DNA of 52,472 bases from Candidatus Nomurabacteria bacterium (GCA_943356445.1 CALREZ010000002.1:1-52472); one strand, 5' to 3'. Shown: positions 35,965 through 47,222, counted from the stretch's first letter. Program-made: numbers and translations. Notes: generated from the sequence alone by a model not told the origin.

Positions 35965-37488
35965 CTATCTCGCGTATTCTATCACTCTGGATTCTCTGAT
36001 GACGTTCACTTTAATTTCTCCCGGATATTTGAGCTCGTTCTCAATGCGAATGGCAATTTCTCGGGCGAGTTTTTTGGACTCCAGATCGGTTACCGCTTCA
36101 GGGTAAACGAAGATTCTGATTTCTCGTCCCGCTTGCAAAGCGTAGGCTTTTTCCACACCCCCGAAAGACGTTGCGATCTTTTCCAATTCTTCAAGACGCT
36201 TGATATAGTTCTCAACGGAATCGCGGCGAGCGCCCGGACGTCCTCCGGAAATGGCATCGGCAACCTGCACTAAAATAGATTCAACCGTCTCGTACGGATA
36301 TTCCTCATGGTGCGCTTCCATAGCCTTGATAATCTTTTCATTCGCTCCGAATTTCTGAAGAATTCTTCTTCCGATATCAACGTGCGTTCCTTGAATTTCA
36401 TGATCAACCGCTTTTCCGATGTCATGGAGAAGTGCGCCGGCTTTGGCGATTTGGATATCCGCGCCGAGCTCTGTGGCGAGCATTCCGGCAATATGCGCCA
36501 TCTCAACAGAGTGCCGCAAAACATTTTGTCCGTAGCTGGTTCGGAAATGAAGTCGTCCCAAAATGGAAACGATTCTCGGATCAAGATTGAAGACCCCGCA
36601 TTCGTATACGGCTTTTTCTCCCTGATCTTTTATGATCTTGTTTATTTCATTCTTCGCCTTCTCCACCATCTCCTCAATTTTAACCGGCTGAATGCGTCCG
36701 TCGGCGATGAGGTTTTCAAGGGCGAGTTTGGCGATATTTCTTCGTACCGGATCAAAAGCGGAAATCGTGATGGAGCCCGGAGTATCGTCAACGATAAGCT
36801 CTACGCCCGCGGCTCTTTCAAACGCGCGAATGTTTCGTCCTTCTTTTCCGATTATTTTTCCTTTGATCTCGTCGGAGGGAATAGTGACCGCAGTGGTCAG
36901 CACATCCGAAGCGACGGAATTTCCGAGGCGATGAATGGCGGTCGTGAGAATTTCTCTCGCTTTTCTTTCCAGTTTTTCATTGCCGGTATGTTCCAGTTTT
37001 TGCATGCGAACGAGAATATCTTCTTCGTTCTGTTTTTCAACTTTCACCATGAGCTCTTCCTTCGCCTCCTCTTGAGAAAGCTTGGCGATGCGTGCGAGAT
37101 CTTTTTCCACTCCTTTTTTAAGATCCTCGGATTCTTCGCGTATCTTTTTGATCTCTACGACTTTTTGCTTGAGAGATTCAACTTCGCGATCAATATCCTG
37201 TTGGCGCTTGTCCAACAGTTCTTCTTTTTTGATAAACCGATCTTCCGTTTTTTGGAGGATCTCTTTTTTCTCTTTCTCCTCTTTTTTTATTTCTTCAACC
37301 TTTCGCGCGGCTTCTTTCTCCGCTTGCGCCGTAATCTTTTGAGCCTCTTCCTTTGCGGAAAGGAGCATCTGTTTGATCTGGATCTCCATGGAGCCCTTTT
37401 TCCCGAGGGAGACCAGAAGACGCAGATAGTACCCGAAAGCCACTCCCGCTAAGGTTATGACCACGAGCAATAAAATTTGTAATGACAT
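35965..37488 (-). CDS. rny: Ribonuclease Y
   Basis: N-terminal TM, coiled coil, KH (KGKIIGKEGRNIR), HD (LLHDIGK), ADAISGGRPGAR. Confidence 0.96.
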   Translation of the reverse strand: MSLQILLLVVITLAGVAFGYYLRLLVSLGKKGSMEIQIKQMLLSAKEEAQKITAQAEKEAARKVEEIKKEEKEKKEILQKTEDRFIKKEELLDKRQQDIDREVESLKQKVVEIKKIREESEDLKKGVEKDLARIAKLSQEEAKEELMVKVEKQNEEDILVRMQKLEHTGNEKLERKAREILTTAIHRLGNSVASDVLTTAVTIPSDEIKGKIIGKEGRNIRAFERAAGVELIVDDTPGSITISAFDPVRRNIAKLALENLIADGRIQPVKIEEMVEKAKNEINKIIKDQGEKAVYECGVFNLDPRIVSILGRLHFRTSYGQNVLRHSVEMAHIAGMLATELGADIQIAKAGALLHDIGKAVDHEIQGTHVDIGRRILQKFGANEKIIKAMEAHHEEYPYETVESILVQVADAISGGRPGARRDSVENYIKRLEELEKIATSFGGVEKAYALQAGREIRIFVYPEAVTDLESKKLAREIAIRIENELKYPGEIKVNVIRESRVIEYAR

Positions 37489-37751
37489 TTTGGGTGTTTC
37501 GCTGTACGCAAAAACCCCTACCAGTTAGGCGTTTCCCTAAAAAATATAGATAAAGATAGATATTTTCGTGTTTGAGAGCGCATAATCAAGATAATTTGGG
37601 TTTTCTTTGAACGAAACCGGAACCATCATCCTTTGACAACGGTATTTAACTCATAACGATACCCGTAATGATAGCAGAAGAGGGGTGAAAAGTCTACCGT
37701 GAGGGCAAAAGAGCTATAAAAAAAGTGAGTCTTCTTTTTTGACTCACCCTT

Positions 37752-37979
37752 TTATAAATTATTGAATTCCTCTATTGATAATCCAGCCTGTTTTACTACG
37801 ATGTTGTAGAGAGTTCCTATGGGTATATCTTTTGAGCCATGAACCGGAATAGTAACAATTTTTGTGTTTTCCTCATTCTTCAGATACAAATGACTTCCTC
37901 TTTGATGCGTTTCAACAAAACCGATCTGTTTCAGTTTTTGTATCAACTTTTTTGCAGATAATCGTGCTAGTTTCGGCAT
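37752..37979 (-). CDS. hicA: HicA toxin
   Basis: GFVETHQRGSHLYL...VTIPVHGSKDIPIGTL. Confidence 0.9.
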   Translation of the reverse strand: MPKLARLSAKKLIQKLKQIGFVETHQRGSHLYLKNEENTKIVTIPVHGSKDIPIGTLYNIVVKQAGLSIEEFNNL

Positions 37980-37991
37980 ATTAAAAAGAAA

Positions 37992-38240
37992 TTATACCGT
38001 TTGCGGAACAAAGATTTTGAGATATGTTCCTTCTGTGTGAAAAACAGAACGGGGAATTTCCTTTTTTTCCTTAACAAGCACCTCTAAATAACCAAGCGCC
38101 GCTTCGCGCACATTTGACTCAGCCTCCGCAAAAGAATCTCCGAAAGAAGAAATATGGTTTAGTTCAGGAATGGTTGCCGTTATTTGACCGCTTTCCTTGT
38201 CTGCTTCGTATTCAATTTTGTACTCAAATTCATTTGACAT
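37992..38240 (-). CDS. hicB: HicB antitoxin
   Basis: ATIPELNHISSFGDSFAEAESNVREAALGYL. Confidence 0.88.
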   Translation of the reverse strand: MSNEFEYKIEYEADKESGQITATIPELNHISSFGDSFAEAESNVREAALGYLEVLVKEKKEIPRSVFHTEGTYLKIFVPQTV

Positions 38241-38370
38241 ATTTGTATTATATAACTTTATTTTAAATAAAACAAGATTTCACTTTTTCTTCATTCTTTC
38301 TATTTATCCACTTTGTTCTCACCCCCCCGATACGGTATACTATACTCATGATTCATAATCTCCATGTCAT

Positions 38371-40301
38371 ATGTTAGCCGATCGTATGAGAATGGCGGCT
38401 GCTTGGCTTGCCGCGAATCCGAGACTCTATGTGGAAGATGTTTTTTCAACGTATCTGTATACGGGAAATGGGAGTACTCAGACGATAACGAATGGAATTG
38501 ACTTGGCTGGGAAGGGAGGGATGGTGTGGGGAAAAGTGCGTGATTTGGATGGAAGAGACCATGAATTGGTAGATACAGTACGTGGGGGTGGTAATGCGTT
38601 ATACACAAATTCTATATACAAAACCGCGTCCTCAGACCTTTTATCTTTCACCTCATCGGGATATAACCTAGGCTACAATAGCCAGGGACAAAACGTAAAT
38701 ACCAAAAAATACGTCTCATGGACATTCCGCAAAGCTAACAAATTCTTTGACGTGCAAACCGTCACGGTCTCCGGCGGAGTAACCGCAACCGTTGATCTAT
38801 CTTCTCTTAGCGTAGTAGGAATGGTGGCATTAAGAAGAACAGACGCGGATGCTGGTTTGTCTATCATCGTTCTTGTACCTCAGGAAAACTGGTGTATCTC
38901 AATACTACCGCCGCCGAAACGACTGACGGAAGCGTAACTCTTTCCGGCACGACGCTTTCGCTTATAGGAGGAACGATTGCGAACGGAACGTATGTGGTGT
39001 ATGCATGGGCACATGATACGAGTACGAACGGAATGATACAGTGCGGGAGTTATACGGGGAATGGGGCTCAGCCGGGCGGACCGACCATAACTCTTGGGTG
39101 GGAACCGCAGTATCTCATGGTTAAGCGAGCTACTACCGGTACAGGGGATTGGTTTGTTAATGATAATTTGCGTGAAGGATTAAGATCAGTGGATGGAGTA
39201 GGCTCCGAGCTTTCACCTGATTCAACCGGGGCTGAAGGGAGTGTTGCCGGTTTTGGAAAAGGTTTTACGGTTAAGTCCACCGGATTTAATGTCGTGCATG
39301 GGGCGGCGACCATAAACAATAACGGTGACACTTATATTTATATGGCCATCCGCCGTCCCAATAAACCACCGACGAGCGGGACACAAGTGTATAATGCGAT
39401 TGCAAGGACGGGAACAGGGTCGGCTGGGACGGTAACGGGAGTGGGGTTTGCTCTGGATTTATTGATCACTTCCGATAGAAGCCAAAGTTTTTTTACTTGT
39501 CCAGAGGATAGACTTCGTGGTGCTGGTAATTACTTAATAACTGGTGGGACAAATTCATCGGGCGTTGAAGGAACAAATGCCGGAATTTCTGGATTTGACA
39601 CCATGGATGGATTCCGTGTCGGTGTTGGAAATATCGGAAACGCAAGCACTTACAATTTTATCAACTGGTGCTTCAAACGCGCCCCCGAGGTGTTTGATCA
39701 GATTTGCTATACAGGAACAGGAGGTGCGCATACAGAAACACATAATTTAGGTGCTGCGCCGGAATTTTGGATTGTAAAGATTCGGACGCCGTATCAGCAA
39801 TATTGGGTTGTCGGTTCAACGCAAATGGCAAATACTGATTTTATTCTAATGGACGATTTCGCGAAACAATATACGGACAGTTCTTATTGGAATAGTACTT
39901 ATCCGACTTCTTCTGGGATTACTTTTGGTACTAACGCAAGAGTAAATTACAGTGGTTCCAGTTATGTCGCCTATCTTTTCGCGACGAAAGCAGGCGTTTC
40001 TAAAGTTGGTTCTTATACTGGTGATGGCACTGCCGGAAAAATAATTGATTGCGGTTTTTCTGCCGGGGCAAGATTTATTCTCATAAAACGTACTGACGAT
40101 GCTGGGCATTGGTATGTGTTTGATTCGGCGCGAGGAATAGTTGCTGCCAATGATCCGCATCTCTCTATTAACTCAACCTCTGCAGAAGTAACCGATGATG
40201 ACTCTGTTGATCCAACCGCTTCAGGGTTTATCGTGAATCAAGTGGCCGCAACGAATATCAATGTGACGAATGCGACCTATATCTTTTTAGCGTTTGCGTA
40301 A
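38371..40301 (+). pseudogene. Phage-tail-like beta-rich repeat protein split by a frameshift near 38850
   Basis: ORF1 (YTGNGSTQTITNGIDL) continues in a shifted frame as WFVYHRSCTSGKLVYLNTT into ORF 38892-40301; repeated YTGxG, xKR and W-x-V-x-D units. Confidence 0.7.
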
Positions 40302-40315
40302 TCATCGCTTGATCA

Positions 40316-40353
40316 ACAAAAAAAAGGAACGATTATTATCGTTCCTTTTTTTT
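40316..40353. terminator. Bidirectional terminator
   Basis: AAAAAAAAGGAACGAT...ATCGTTCCTTTTTTTT. Confidence 0.75.
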
Positions 40354-40375
40354 ATTGCTTAATTCTTATTTCTTT

Positions 40376-40957
40376 TTATACCTTCGGTTTCATGACTGCA
40401 TCCACCAGTCCGTAGTCTTTCGCTTCTTCCGCGCTCATGTAATAGTCGCGGTCGGAGTCTTTGGTGAGTTGAACAGTCGTCTTTTTGGTGTTTTTGGCGA
40501 GGATTCGGTTCAAGTTTTCTTTGGTTTTGAGAATATGACGAGCGGTAATCTCAATGTCAGAAGCTTGTCCTTCCGCGCCTCCCATGACCTGATGAATCAT
40601 GATTTCCGCATTCGGGAGAGCGAAACGTTTTCCTTTGGCGCCGGAAGAGAGAAGTACGGCTCCCATGGAAGCGGCGATACCGACGCAGATAGTCGCGACA
40701 TCGGGTTTAATGTGTTCCATGGTGTCATAAATGGCAAGACCGGCGGTGACGGAACCTCCGGGGCTGTTGATATAGAGAGAAATATCTTTTTTCGGATCTT
40801 CCGCTTCAAGGAAAAGAAGCTGGGCGATAACGATATTCGCCGTGTAGTCATCAATCGGGCCGGCGAGAAAGACGATACGTTCGCGAAGCAAGCGAGAATA
40901 AATGTCGTAGGCGCGTTCGCCGAATTGGGATTTTTCAATAACGGTGGGTATAAGCAT
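40376..40957 (-). CDS. clpP: ATP-dependent Clp protease proteolytic subunit
   Basis: [31 protein letters not shown]. Confidence 0.97.
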   Translation of the reverse strand: MLIPTVIEKSQFGERAYDIYSRLLRERIVFLAGPIDDYTANIVIAQLLFLEAEDPKKDISLYINSPGGSVTAGLAIYDTMEHIKPDVATICVGIAASMGAVLLSSGAKGKRFALPNAEIMIHQVMGGAEGQASDIEITARHILKTKENLNRILAKNTKKTTVQLTKDSDRDYYMSAEEAKDYGLVDAVMKPKV

Positions 40958-41070
40958 GATTTTTGATATTGTTTACTAACGGAAAAAGTATACCACAGTG
41001 AGGGTTGGTTGACAATAGCTTCTAAAATAGGTATATTTACGACAGATAAGTTCTTTTGAAAGGAGATTTT

Positions 41071-41256
41071 ATGGTTATCTGGTATGCTTTATTAGCAATC
41101 ATTTCCGTCGGTTTCTTGATAGCGGCCTGTATCGTGGAAGCCGAACAAGGCTTTTATAAGGCGATTCCGCTGGGTCTTATCGGTTTTGCCGGCATTATCC
41201 ATGCATTCTATTTATATAGTATGCACCTGCTTTCCGTTTATATGTCCATAAATTAA
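41071..41256 (+). CDS. Small 2-TM membrane protein
   Basis: AGGAG RBS, two hydrophobic helices, TTGACA promoter and downstream hairpin. Confidence 0.6.
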   Translation: MVIWYALLAIISVGFLIAACIVEAEQGFYKAIPLGLIGFAGIIHAFYLYSMHLLSVYMSIN

Positions 41257-41394
41257 ATGGTCACGACAACCCCATCCTTGAAAAAAGGGCGGGGTTTTTT
41301 GACAAAAAATATGAACGGTGGTATTTTTAAAAACGGACTCGGCTGATTTTTGGAAAGACCAGTCTTTACTAAACTAAAAAGAGGACTTTGACAT

Positions 41395-42609
41395 ATGGAT
41401 AAAATTTCCGAAAAGTCTCTCGCGCTTCACGCGGAGCTCGGGGGAAAAATTGAAACAGGACTAAAAAAGAAAATTCGCAACCCAAACGATCTTTCTTTGC
41501 TGTACACCCCCGGCGTTGCCGCCGCATGTTCGGCAATCGGGAAAGATAAAAAACTTGCTCGTACTCTCACGATAAAAAAGAATACCGTGGCGGTCATTTC
41601 GGACGGTTCGGCGATTCTCGGACTTGGCAATCTCGGCCCGGAAGCGGCGTTGCCCGTTATGGAGGGGAAAGCGGTAATTTTCAAACAGCTCGGAGGGGTG
41701 GATGCTTTTCCTCTCTGTATCAATGCTCATGAAGTGGACGATATCGTAAAATTTGTAAAACAGATCGCTCCCACTTTTGGCGGTATCAATTTGGAAGACA
41801 TTTCGGCTCCGCGTTGTTTTGAAATAGAACAGCGACTGAGAGATGAATTGGATATTCCCGTTATGCACGATGACCAGTGGGGAACAGCAACGATCGTTCT
41901 CGCCGGGCTTATCAATGCGATACGTTTGCGCGGCATTGAAAAAGAAAAAGCGAAAATCGTTATCAACGGGGCTGGCGCGGCCGGTATTGCTATTGCAAAA
42001 TTGCTTCTCTTTTACGGTTTCAAACACCTTATCGTTGTTGACAGAAAAGGCGCGATTTACGCATCAAGGGCTGATCTGAAATCAGACGGCGACACCAGAG
42101 AAAAATATCTGATCTCAAAAAGAACGAATCGTTCTTACGTTACCGAAGGACTTGCCGAGGCGGTTCGCGGTTCTGATATTTTTATCGGAGTTTCCGGACC
42201 GGACATTCTTTCTGCAGAAATGGTTCGCAGCATGAATGAAAATCCGATCATTTTTGCGTTGGCTAATCCTATCCCCGAAATTATGCCGGATAAAGCGCAT
42301 GACGCGGGAGCATTTATCGTCGCAACCGGAAGTTCTCAGTTTCCGAATCAATGCAACAACTGCTTGGTGTTCCCGGGAGTTTTTCGCGGAGCGTTGGATC
42401 ATCATGTCACAAAGATCACGGAAGAAATGCTCGTTTGCGTGGCTCATGCTATCGCCGGAATAGTGAAACGTCCCAAAAAAGACAACATCCTTCCGCATTC
42501 TTTAGACCGAAGGGTTCCCGTTATTGTTGCGCGAGCCATCGGCGAGTATTCCAAAAACCCGGAATCGTCTTGTTGTCCGCCCGTCGTCGGTTGGGAATGC
42601 GTAGCGTAA
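41395..42609 (+). CDS. NAD(P)-dependent malic enzyme
   Basis: YTPGVA, DGSAILGLG, PVMEGK, INLEDI, HDDQWGT, GAGAAG, FALANP. Confidence 0.95.
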   Translation: MDKISEKSLALHAELGGKIETGLKKKIRNPNDLSLLYTPGVAAACSAIGKDKKLARTLTIKKNTVAVISDGSAILGLGNLGPEAALPVMEGKAVIFKQLGGVDAFPLCINAHEVDDIVKFVKQIAPTFGGINLEDISAPRCFEIEQRLRDELDIPVMHDDQWGTATIVLAGLINAIRLRGIEKEKAKIVINGAGAAGIAIAKLLLFYGFKHLIVVDRKGAIYASRADLKSDGDTREKYLISKRTNRSYVTEGLAEAVRGSDIFIGVSGPDILSAEMVRSMNENPIIFALANPIPEIMPDKAHDAGAFIVATGSSQFPNQCNNCLVFPGVFRGALDHHVTKITEEMLVCVAHAIAGIVKRPKKDNILPHSLDRRVPVIVARAIGEYSKNPESSCCPPVVGWECVA

Positions 42610-42637
42610 TAACTCATCTTTCAGAGGAGAAAATATA

Positions 42638-42778
42638 ATGCCATTCGGCCCGTTAATTGTTCGTTTATTGATCGCCCTTGGAGCGATGTTCTACGGTTTT
42701 CACAAGGTTGGCCCGCCAACCTCTTCAAGTTCAACTACCGCGAAGAAAAAGTGGCTTCAAAAAAGCAAAAAGCAATAA
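42638..42778 (+). CDS. Small 46-aa membrane peptide
   Basis: AGAGGAG RBS; MPFGPLIVRLLIALGAMFYGFHKVGPPTSSSSTTAKKKWLQKSKKQ. Confidence 0.45.
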   Translation: MPFGPLIVRLLIALGAMFYGFHKVGPPTSSSSTTAKKKWLQKSKKQ

Positions 42779-42839
42779 GAAAAAAGGAAATAGGATACAA
42801 AAAAGCCCGAACGCTATGCGTCGGGCTTTTCTTTTTCCT

Positions 42840-43898
42840 TTATTCTTTCACGGGTGTTTCCAGAAATTCCAAAACTTTTTCGTTCGTCATGACCATTTCC
42901 ACATACGAGCGCGTTCGGTCTTGGTCGGCATCGGTATAGTGTTCCATGATGTGTTCCACTTCTTTGGTGACGAGGTCTTTTTCTGGAGAGAGTTTTTCCG
43001 TTTCCGCGATTTTATCAATAATGAGTTGTGTTTTTGCGCGAGCTTCGGCATCTTTCTCCCATTCTTTTCTCATGTCTTCCTCTGTTTTTTTCAGGTGCTT
43101 CAGGTAATCTTCAAATTTAATTCCCATTTGCGAGACATCGTGCTTGAATTGAGCGATCATTCTGTTCTGTTCGCTTTGGACGAGAACATCCGGGAGATCC
43201 GCTTTTGTTTCTTCGCTGATGGCTTTGATAATCTCCATTCTCCTTTTTTCTTTCGCCTGCTGTTCCTTCTCTTTGGCCATGTTGTCTTTCAGAAGTTTTT
43301 TGAGATCGTCAACGCTTTTGAAATCACCGAGAGATTTCAAAAATTCTTCATCTATCGGAGGCAGATCCGCGTCTTTTACTTCCTGAACTTCCGCGTTTTC
43401 TCCTTCAACCCCCTCCACTTTTGGCGCGCGCTGTTTTCTGATATTCATAACGACTTTCTCTACTTCTTCGTCGGATACTTCCGTTTCAATCGGTTCTTTA
43501 GTGAATTTTGCGGCGAGTTTTTTGTAATCGGGAAGTTCAATTTCCGGAAGAACGGCAACAACGATTTTGAATTCAAAAGGATTTCCTTTGGCAAGTTTGG
43601 TGATGCTGATGGTCGGATGGCCGATGGCGTCAATTTTATTGACCATGATAATCTCCGGGAATTTTGATTCAATGGCAATTTCCGCCATTTCCTCCAGAAT
43701 GGTCATTTCTCCCGCTGAAGTTTCTATAACTTTCTCCGGAACATGGCCTTTTCTGAACCCCGGAAGTTCGGCGTGTTCACCCAGGTGGGTAAGCGCTTTT
43801 CCTCGAAAAGTTTCAAACTCCTCCGCATCTATGGTGCCCATAATTTCAACCAGGGACTTTGGTAATTTTTTAATTTCAGTTTTCATGCCCATAAGCAT
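42840..43898 (-). CDS. tig: Trigger factor lacking the PPIase domain (ATG 43886 is an alternative start)
   Basis: LPGFRKGHVP, VLPEIELPDYK, C-terminal domain; only about 350 aa. Confidence 0.92.
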   Translation of the reverse strand: MLMGMKTEIKKLPKSLVEIMGTIDAEEFETFRGKALTHLGEHAELPGFRKGHVPEKVIETSAGEMTILEEMAEIAIESKFPEIIMVNKIDAIGHPTISITKLAKGNPFEFKIVVAVLPEIELPDYKKLAAKFTKEPIETEVSDEEVEKVVMNIRKQRAPKVEGVEGENAEVQEVKDADLPPIDEEFLKSLGDFKSVDDLKKLLKDNMAKEKEQQAKEKRRMEIIKAISEETKADLPDVLVQSEQNRMIAQFKHDVSQMGIKFEDYLKHLKKTEEDMRKEWEKDAEARAKTQLIIDKIAETEKLSPEKDLVTKEVEHIMEHYTDADQDRTRSYVEMVMTNEKVLEFLETPVKE

Positions 43899-43971
43899 AG
43901 AGGTTTTTTATCTATTTGTCAAAAACCCCGCGGAAGCATGTTGCTTCCGCGGGGTTTGATTTTTGTCCGGT

Positions 43972-44316
43972 CTATATGGATTGCAATTCTTTATCAATGG
44001 AATTCAAATCGGTTGCGTTGAGGTCAGCCTCAATGGAAGTTACTTCATCGGAGGAACTTTGACTCGTCAACGTGTCTATCATCGTGTCGGGAGCGGTCGC
44101 TGATTCCTCCAGCGCGGCGGTGTTGTCTGCTACCGTTTGTGCATTTTCCGGTGCGGTAATTTGCGGCTGGATTCTCGTACTCCAGACGTATATTCCTCCC
44201 GCAATAAGAAGGATGATAACGATTATTGCGCCGATAAGAGCCCCCATCGGTTTGCTTTCTTTTTGCGGAACAATCGGGTTTCCTTGCGGCATCGGGGTAA
44301 CGTTTTCATTTTCCAT
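43972..44316 (-). CDS. Single-pass membrane protein
   Basis: TM GALIGAIIVIILLIAGGIYVW; C-terminal SDEVTSIEADL. Confidence 0.7.
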   Translation of the reverse strand: MENENVTPMPQGNPIVPQKESKPMGALIGAIIVIILLIAGGIYVWSTRIQPQITAPENAQTVADNTAALEESATAPDTMIDTLTSQSSSDEVTSIEADLNATDLNSIDKELQSI

Positions 44317-44347
44317 AATTTTATTGATGTTTTAAGTAGTTAAGAAA

Positions 44348-45121
44348 TTAATTGGACGGCGTCGCGCTTATCGGAGCCTCCGGAGTTTTTTTAACGCCTT
44401 CTTTTCCTTTTAGATCCGTAATGGTTTGGATAAGGGCTTGGTGAGCTTCTTTTAATGAATCATTTACCGCACGAACTTGTTCTTTTATTTTCGGAAGCGT
44501 TTGGCCCACAATGTTTTTTGCTGCATTGGCATCGGTCGCTGCGGCCGCTTGAGTTCCAATCTCGGCAATGGCCATCTTTGCGGCCTCAAGACTGGTTTTT
44601 GCCTCCGTAATTTTTTGTTTTGCTGTTACGAGAGATGTGTCGGCCGTTGTCGTATCTATTTTATTCGCCTTCATTTTTGCGATTCGGGCCTCTATACGGG
44701 CGGTAATTTTTTCAAGACGGGCAATTGCCTCCTCAAACCTTTTTATTGTTTTTGCGCCCCACTGTTTCGCAAGTTCCACTTTTCTGTTTTCAATCGTATT
44801 TCTGAGCTCGTCTCTTTTACTTTGTATTTCTTGGCGGGCGGTTTGCATTTGCTGTTTTATTTCGCCCTTCGTTGAAGAAGCCGCTTCGCGAATGCCTTCT
44901 ATTTTTGTTTTCAGTTCTCCTCTTGTTGCGGAAGTTGTTTCTTGAACTTTATTTTTGATCGTTTTTATTTCCGCCTGCGTTCTTTCTCTGAGCTGTCGGA
45001 CGTTTGATACGGCTTCCGTCGGAGTATTTGAAGTACTCGGTTCGGTTGTTTGCGCAAAAGCAGTCTGTATTCCCGCGAGGGTAATCAGAGCCAAAGCGAA
45101 AAATTTTGATATATTTTTCAT
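44348..45121 (-). CDS. Secreted coiled-coil protein
   Basis: Signal peptide (AFA) then long A/K/E-rich helices. Confidence 0.75.
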   Translation of the reverse strand: MKNISKFFALALITLAGIQTAFAQTTEPSTSNTPTEAVSNVRQLRERTQAEIKTIKNKVQETTSATRGELKTKIEGIREAASSTKGEIKQQMQTARQEIQSKRDELRNTIENRKVELAKQWGAKTIKRFEEAIARLEKITARIEARIAKMKANKIDTTTADTSLVTAKQKITEAKTSLEAAKMAIAEIGTQAAAATDANAAKNIVGQTLPKIKEQVRAVNDSLKEAHQALIQTITDLKGKEGVKKTPEAPISATPSN

Positions 45122-45221
45122 TTTTTTGAAAAAATTTTCTAATAATCTTATTTACAGTATATACCAAAACTCCTCATCGCACGCGATGAGGAGTTGTTGA
45201 TAACCTGTGTTTTTCTCGGAA

Positions 45222-47222
45222 TTACAAGAATTTAACGAGAAGCAACGCCACGATGTTGATGATCTTGATCATCGGGTTGATGGCGGGGCCGGCGGTATCT
45301 TTGTAAGGATCTCCGACGGTGTCTCCTGTGACGGCGGCTTTGTGGGCTTCGGAACCTTTGCCTCCGAAGTTTCCTTCTTCAATATACTTCTTGGAATTGT
45401 CCCAAGCGGCGCCTCCGGTGGTCATGGAAATTCCGACGAAGAGTCCGGTAATGATGGCTCCGACGAGCAATCCGGCGAGAGCGGCGGCTCCGAGGAAGAT
45501 TCCGACGAGAATCGGAATGATAACCGGAATCAGGGCGGGTACGATCATTTCTTTGATGGCGGCTTTGGTGACGATATCAACGCATTTTGAGTATTCCGGT
45601 TTCGCGGTTCCTTGCATAATGCCTTTAATCTCGTGGAACTGTCGGCGAACTTCTTCCACGACGGCTTTCGCGGCGTTTCCGACGGCTGACATAGCGATGG
45701 AAGCGAAGAGGTAAGGCAAAAGTCCTCCGATCAAAAGACCGACGAGTACTTTCGGATCAGAAAGATCAAAGACGGATGAAATGCTTCTTTCTCTCAAAGC
45801 TTCGGTGTAAGCGGCGAACAAAACCATAGCGGCAAGTCCGGCGGAAGCGATGGCATAACCTTTGGTTACGGCCTTGGTGGTGTTTCCCACGGCATCAAGC
45901 GCGTCGGTAACATGTCGGACGGATTTATCCAAACCTGACATTTCGGCAATTCCTCCGGCGTTGTCGGTAATCGGGCCGAAAGCGTCAATGGCAACGACGA
46001 TTCCCGTGAGAGAAAGCATGCTCATGACCGCGAGGGCGATACCGTACAGACCGGCAAGATTGAAAGCGACCAAGATCGCGATGACGATAACGAGAATCGG
46101 CATGGCGGTTGACTGCATTCCTACGGCCAAACCTTTAATGATGTTGGTTCCGTGTCCGGTGGTGCTGGCTTCAGCAATGCTTTTGACCGGGGAATAGTTG
46201 CTGGCAGTATAGTATTCAGTAATCAAAACAACCGCTCCGGTAACTACGAGTCCGATAAGGGAAGCGAAGTAGAGATTCATAACGGAATAAATTCCGTTGC
46301 CGGTCATAAGAGTGGTGGTAACCGGGTAGAAAGCGGCTGCGGATAAAACGCCGGTAACGATCAAGCTTTTATAGAGCGCGCCCATGATATTCTGTGATTT
46401 GCCGAGGCGGGCGAACCAGGTACCGATAATGGTGGTAAAAATGGAAACGGCTCCGATTGCCAGAGGATAAACAATCGCGTTGCCGAAGTTCGCGAAGACG
46501 GCTCCTCCGAGCAAAATGATAGCGATAGCGGAAACCGCGTAGGTTTCAAAGAGGTCGGCGGCCATTCCGGCGCAATCTCCGACGTTGTCTCCGACGTTAT
46601 CGGCGATAACTCCCGGGTTGCGAGGATCGTCTTCGGGAATTCCGGCTTCAATTTTTCCGACCATGTCGGTACCGACGTCAGCGCCTTTGGTGAAAATTCC
46701 TCCTCCGAGACGAGCAAAAACAGAAATGAGAGACGCTCCGAATCCGAGTCCGATCAAAGCGTTCACATCTTTGGTCGCAAAGTAGAAACCGGCGACAGAG
46801 AGAAGTCCGAGACCGACGACGAAGAGTCCGGTAACCGTACCTCCTTCAAAAGCGAGCGTTAAAGCCGGACCCATGCCCTTTTTTGCGGCTTCCGCGGTGC
46901 GAACATTCGCGCGAACGGAAACATTCATGCCGATAAAACCGGCCAAAGCGGAGAATACGGCGCCGACAATAAAGGCGAAGACCGTATTATTGGAAAAACC
47001 GGTGGCAACCATGATGGCGACCACAACGAGCGCGACCATTCCAACGGTCTGGTATTGGCGAGAAAGGTAAGCCGAGGCCCCTTCCTGAATAGCCGAAGCG
47101 ATTTCCTGCATTTTGGAATTTCCCGCAGGCTGCTTCATGATCTTGTAAATAAGGAACGCTCCATAAACGAGAGCGACAACGCCGGCGATAAGGGCGTACA
47201 TCAAAATTTGATTCTCCGACAT
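45222..47222 (-). CDS. hppA: Membrane-bound pyrophosphatase, K+-independent H+-pumping type
   Basis: [38 protein letters not shown] (Lys at the K+-determining site), [10 protein letters not shown]. Confidence 0.95.
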   Translation of the reverse strand: MSENQILMYALIAGVVALVYGAFLIYKIMKQPAGNSKMQEIASAIQEGASAYLSRQYQTVGMVALVVVAIMVATGFSNNTVFAFIVGAVFSALAGFIGMNVSVRANVRTAEAAKKGMGPALTLAFEGGTVTGLFVVGLGLLSVAGFYFATKDVNALIGLGFGASLISVFARLGGGIFTKGADVGTDMVGKIEAGIPEDDPRNPGVIADNVGDNVGDCAGMAADLFETYAVSAIAIILLGGAVFANFGNAIVYPLAIGAVSIFTTIIGTWFARLGKSQNIMGALYKSLIVTGVLSAAAFYPVTTTLMTGNGIYSVMNLYFASLIGLVVTGAVVLITEYYTASNYSPVKSIAEASTTGHGTNIIKGLAVGMQSTAMPILVIVIAILVAFNLAGLYGIALAVMSMLSLTGIVVAIDAFGPITDNAGGIAEMSGLDKSVRHVTDALDAVGNTTKAVTKGYAIASAGLAAMVLFAAYTEALRERSISSVFDLSDPKVLVGLLIGGLLPYLFASIAMSAVGNAAKAVVEEVRRQFHEIKGIMQGTAKPEYSKCVDIVTKAAIKEMIVPALIPVIIPILVGIFLGAAALAGLLVGAIITGLFVGISMTTGGAAWDNSKKYIEEGNFGGKGSEAHKAAVTGDTVGDPYKDTAGPAINPMIKIINIVALLLVKFL

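Noticed and set aside
36307-37452. 381-aa plus-strand ORF (also 42678-43667, 40355-40966, 48191-48883)
   Set aside because: Antisense shadows of rny, tig, clpP and nusA, with F-rich non-protein-like composition.
38811-38860. Programmed ribosomal frameshift or phase variation
   Set aside because: No slippery heptamer, homopolymer or tandem repeat at the frame junction.
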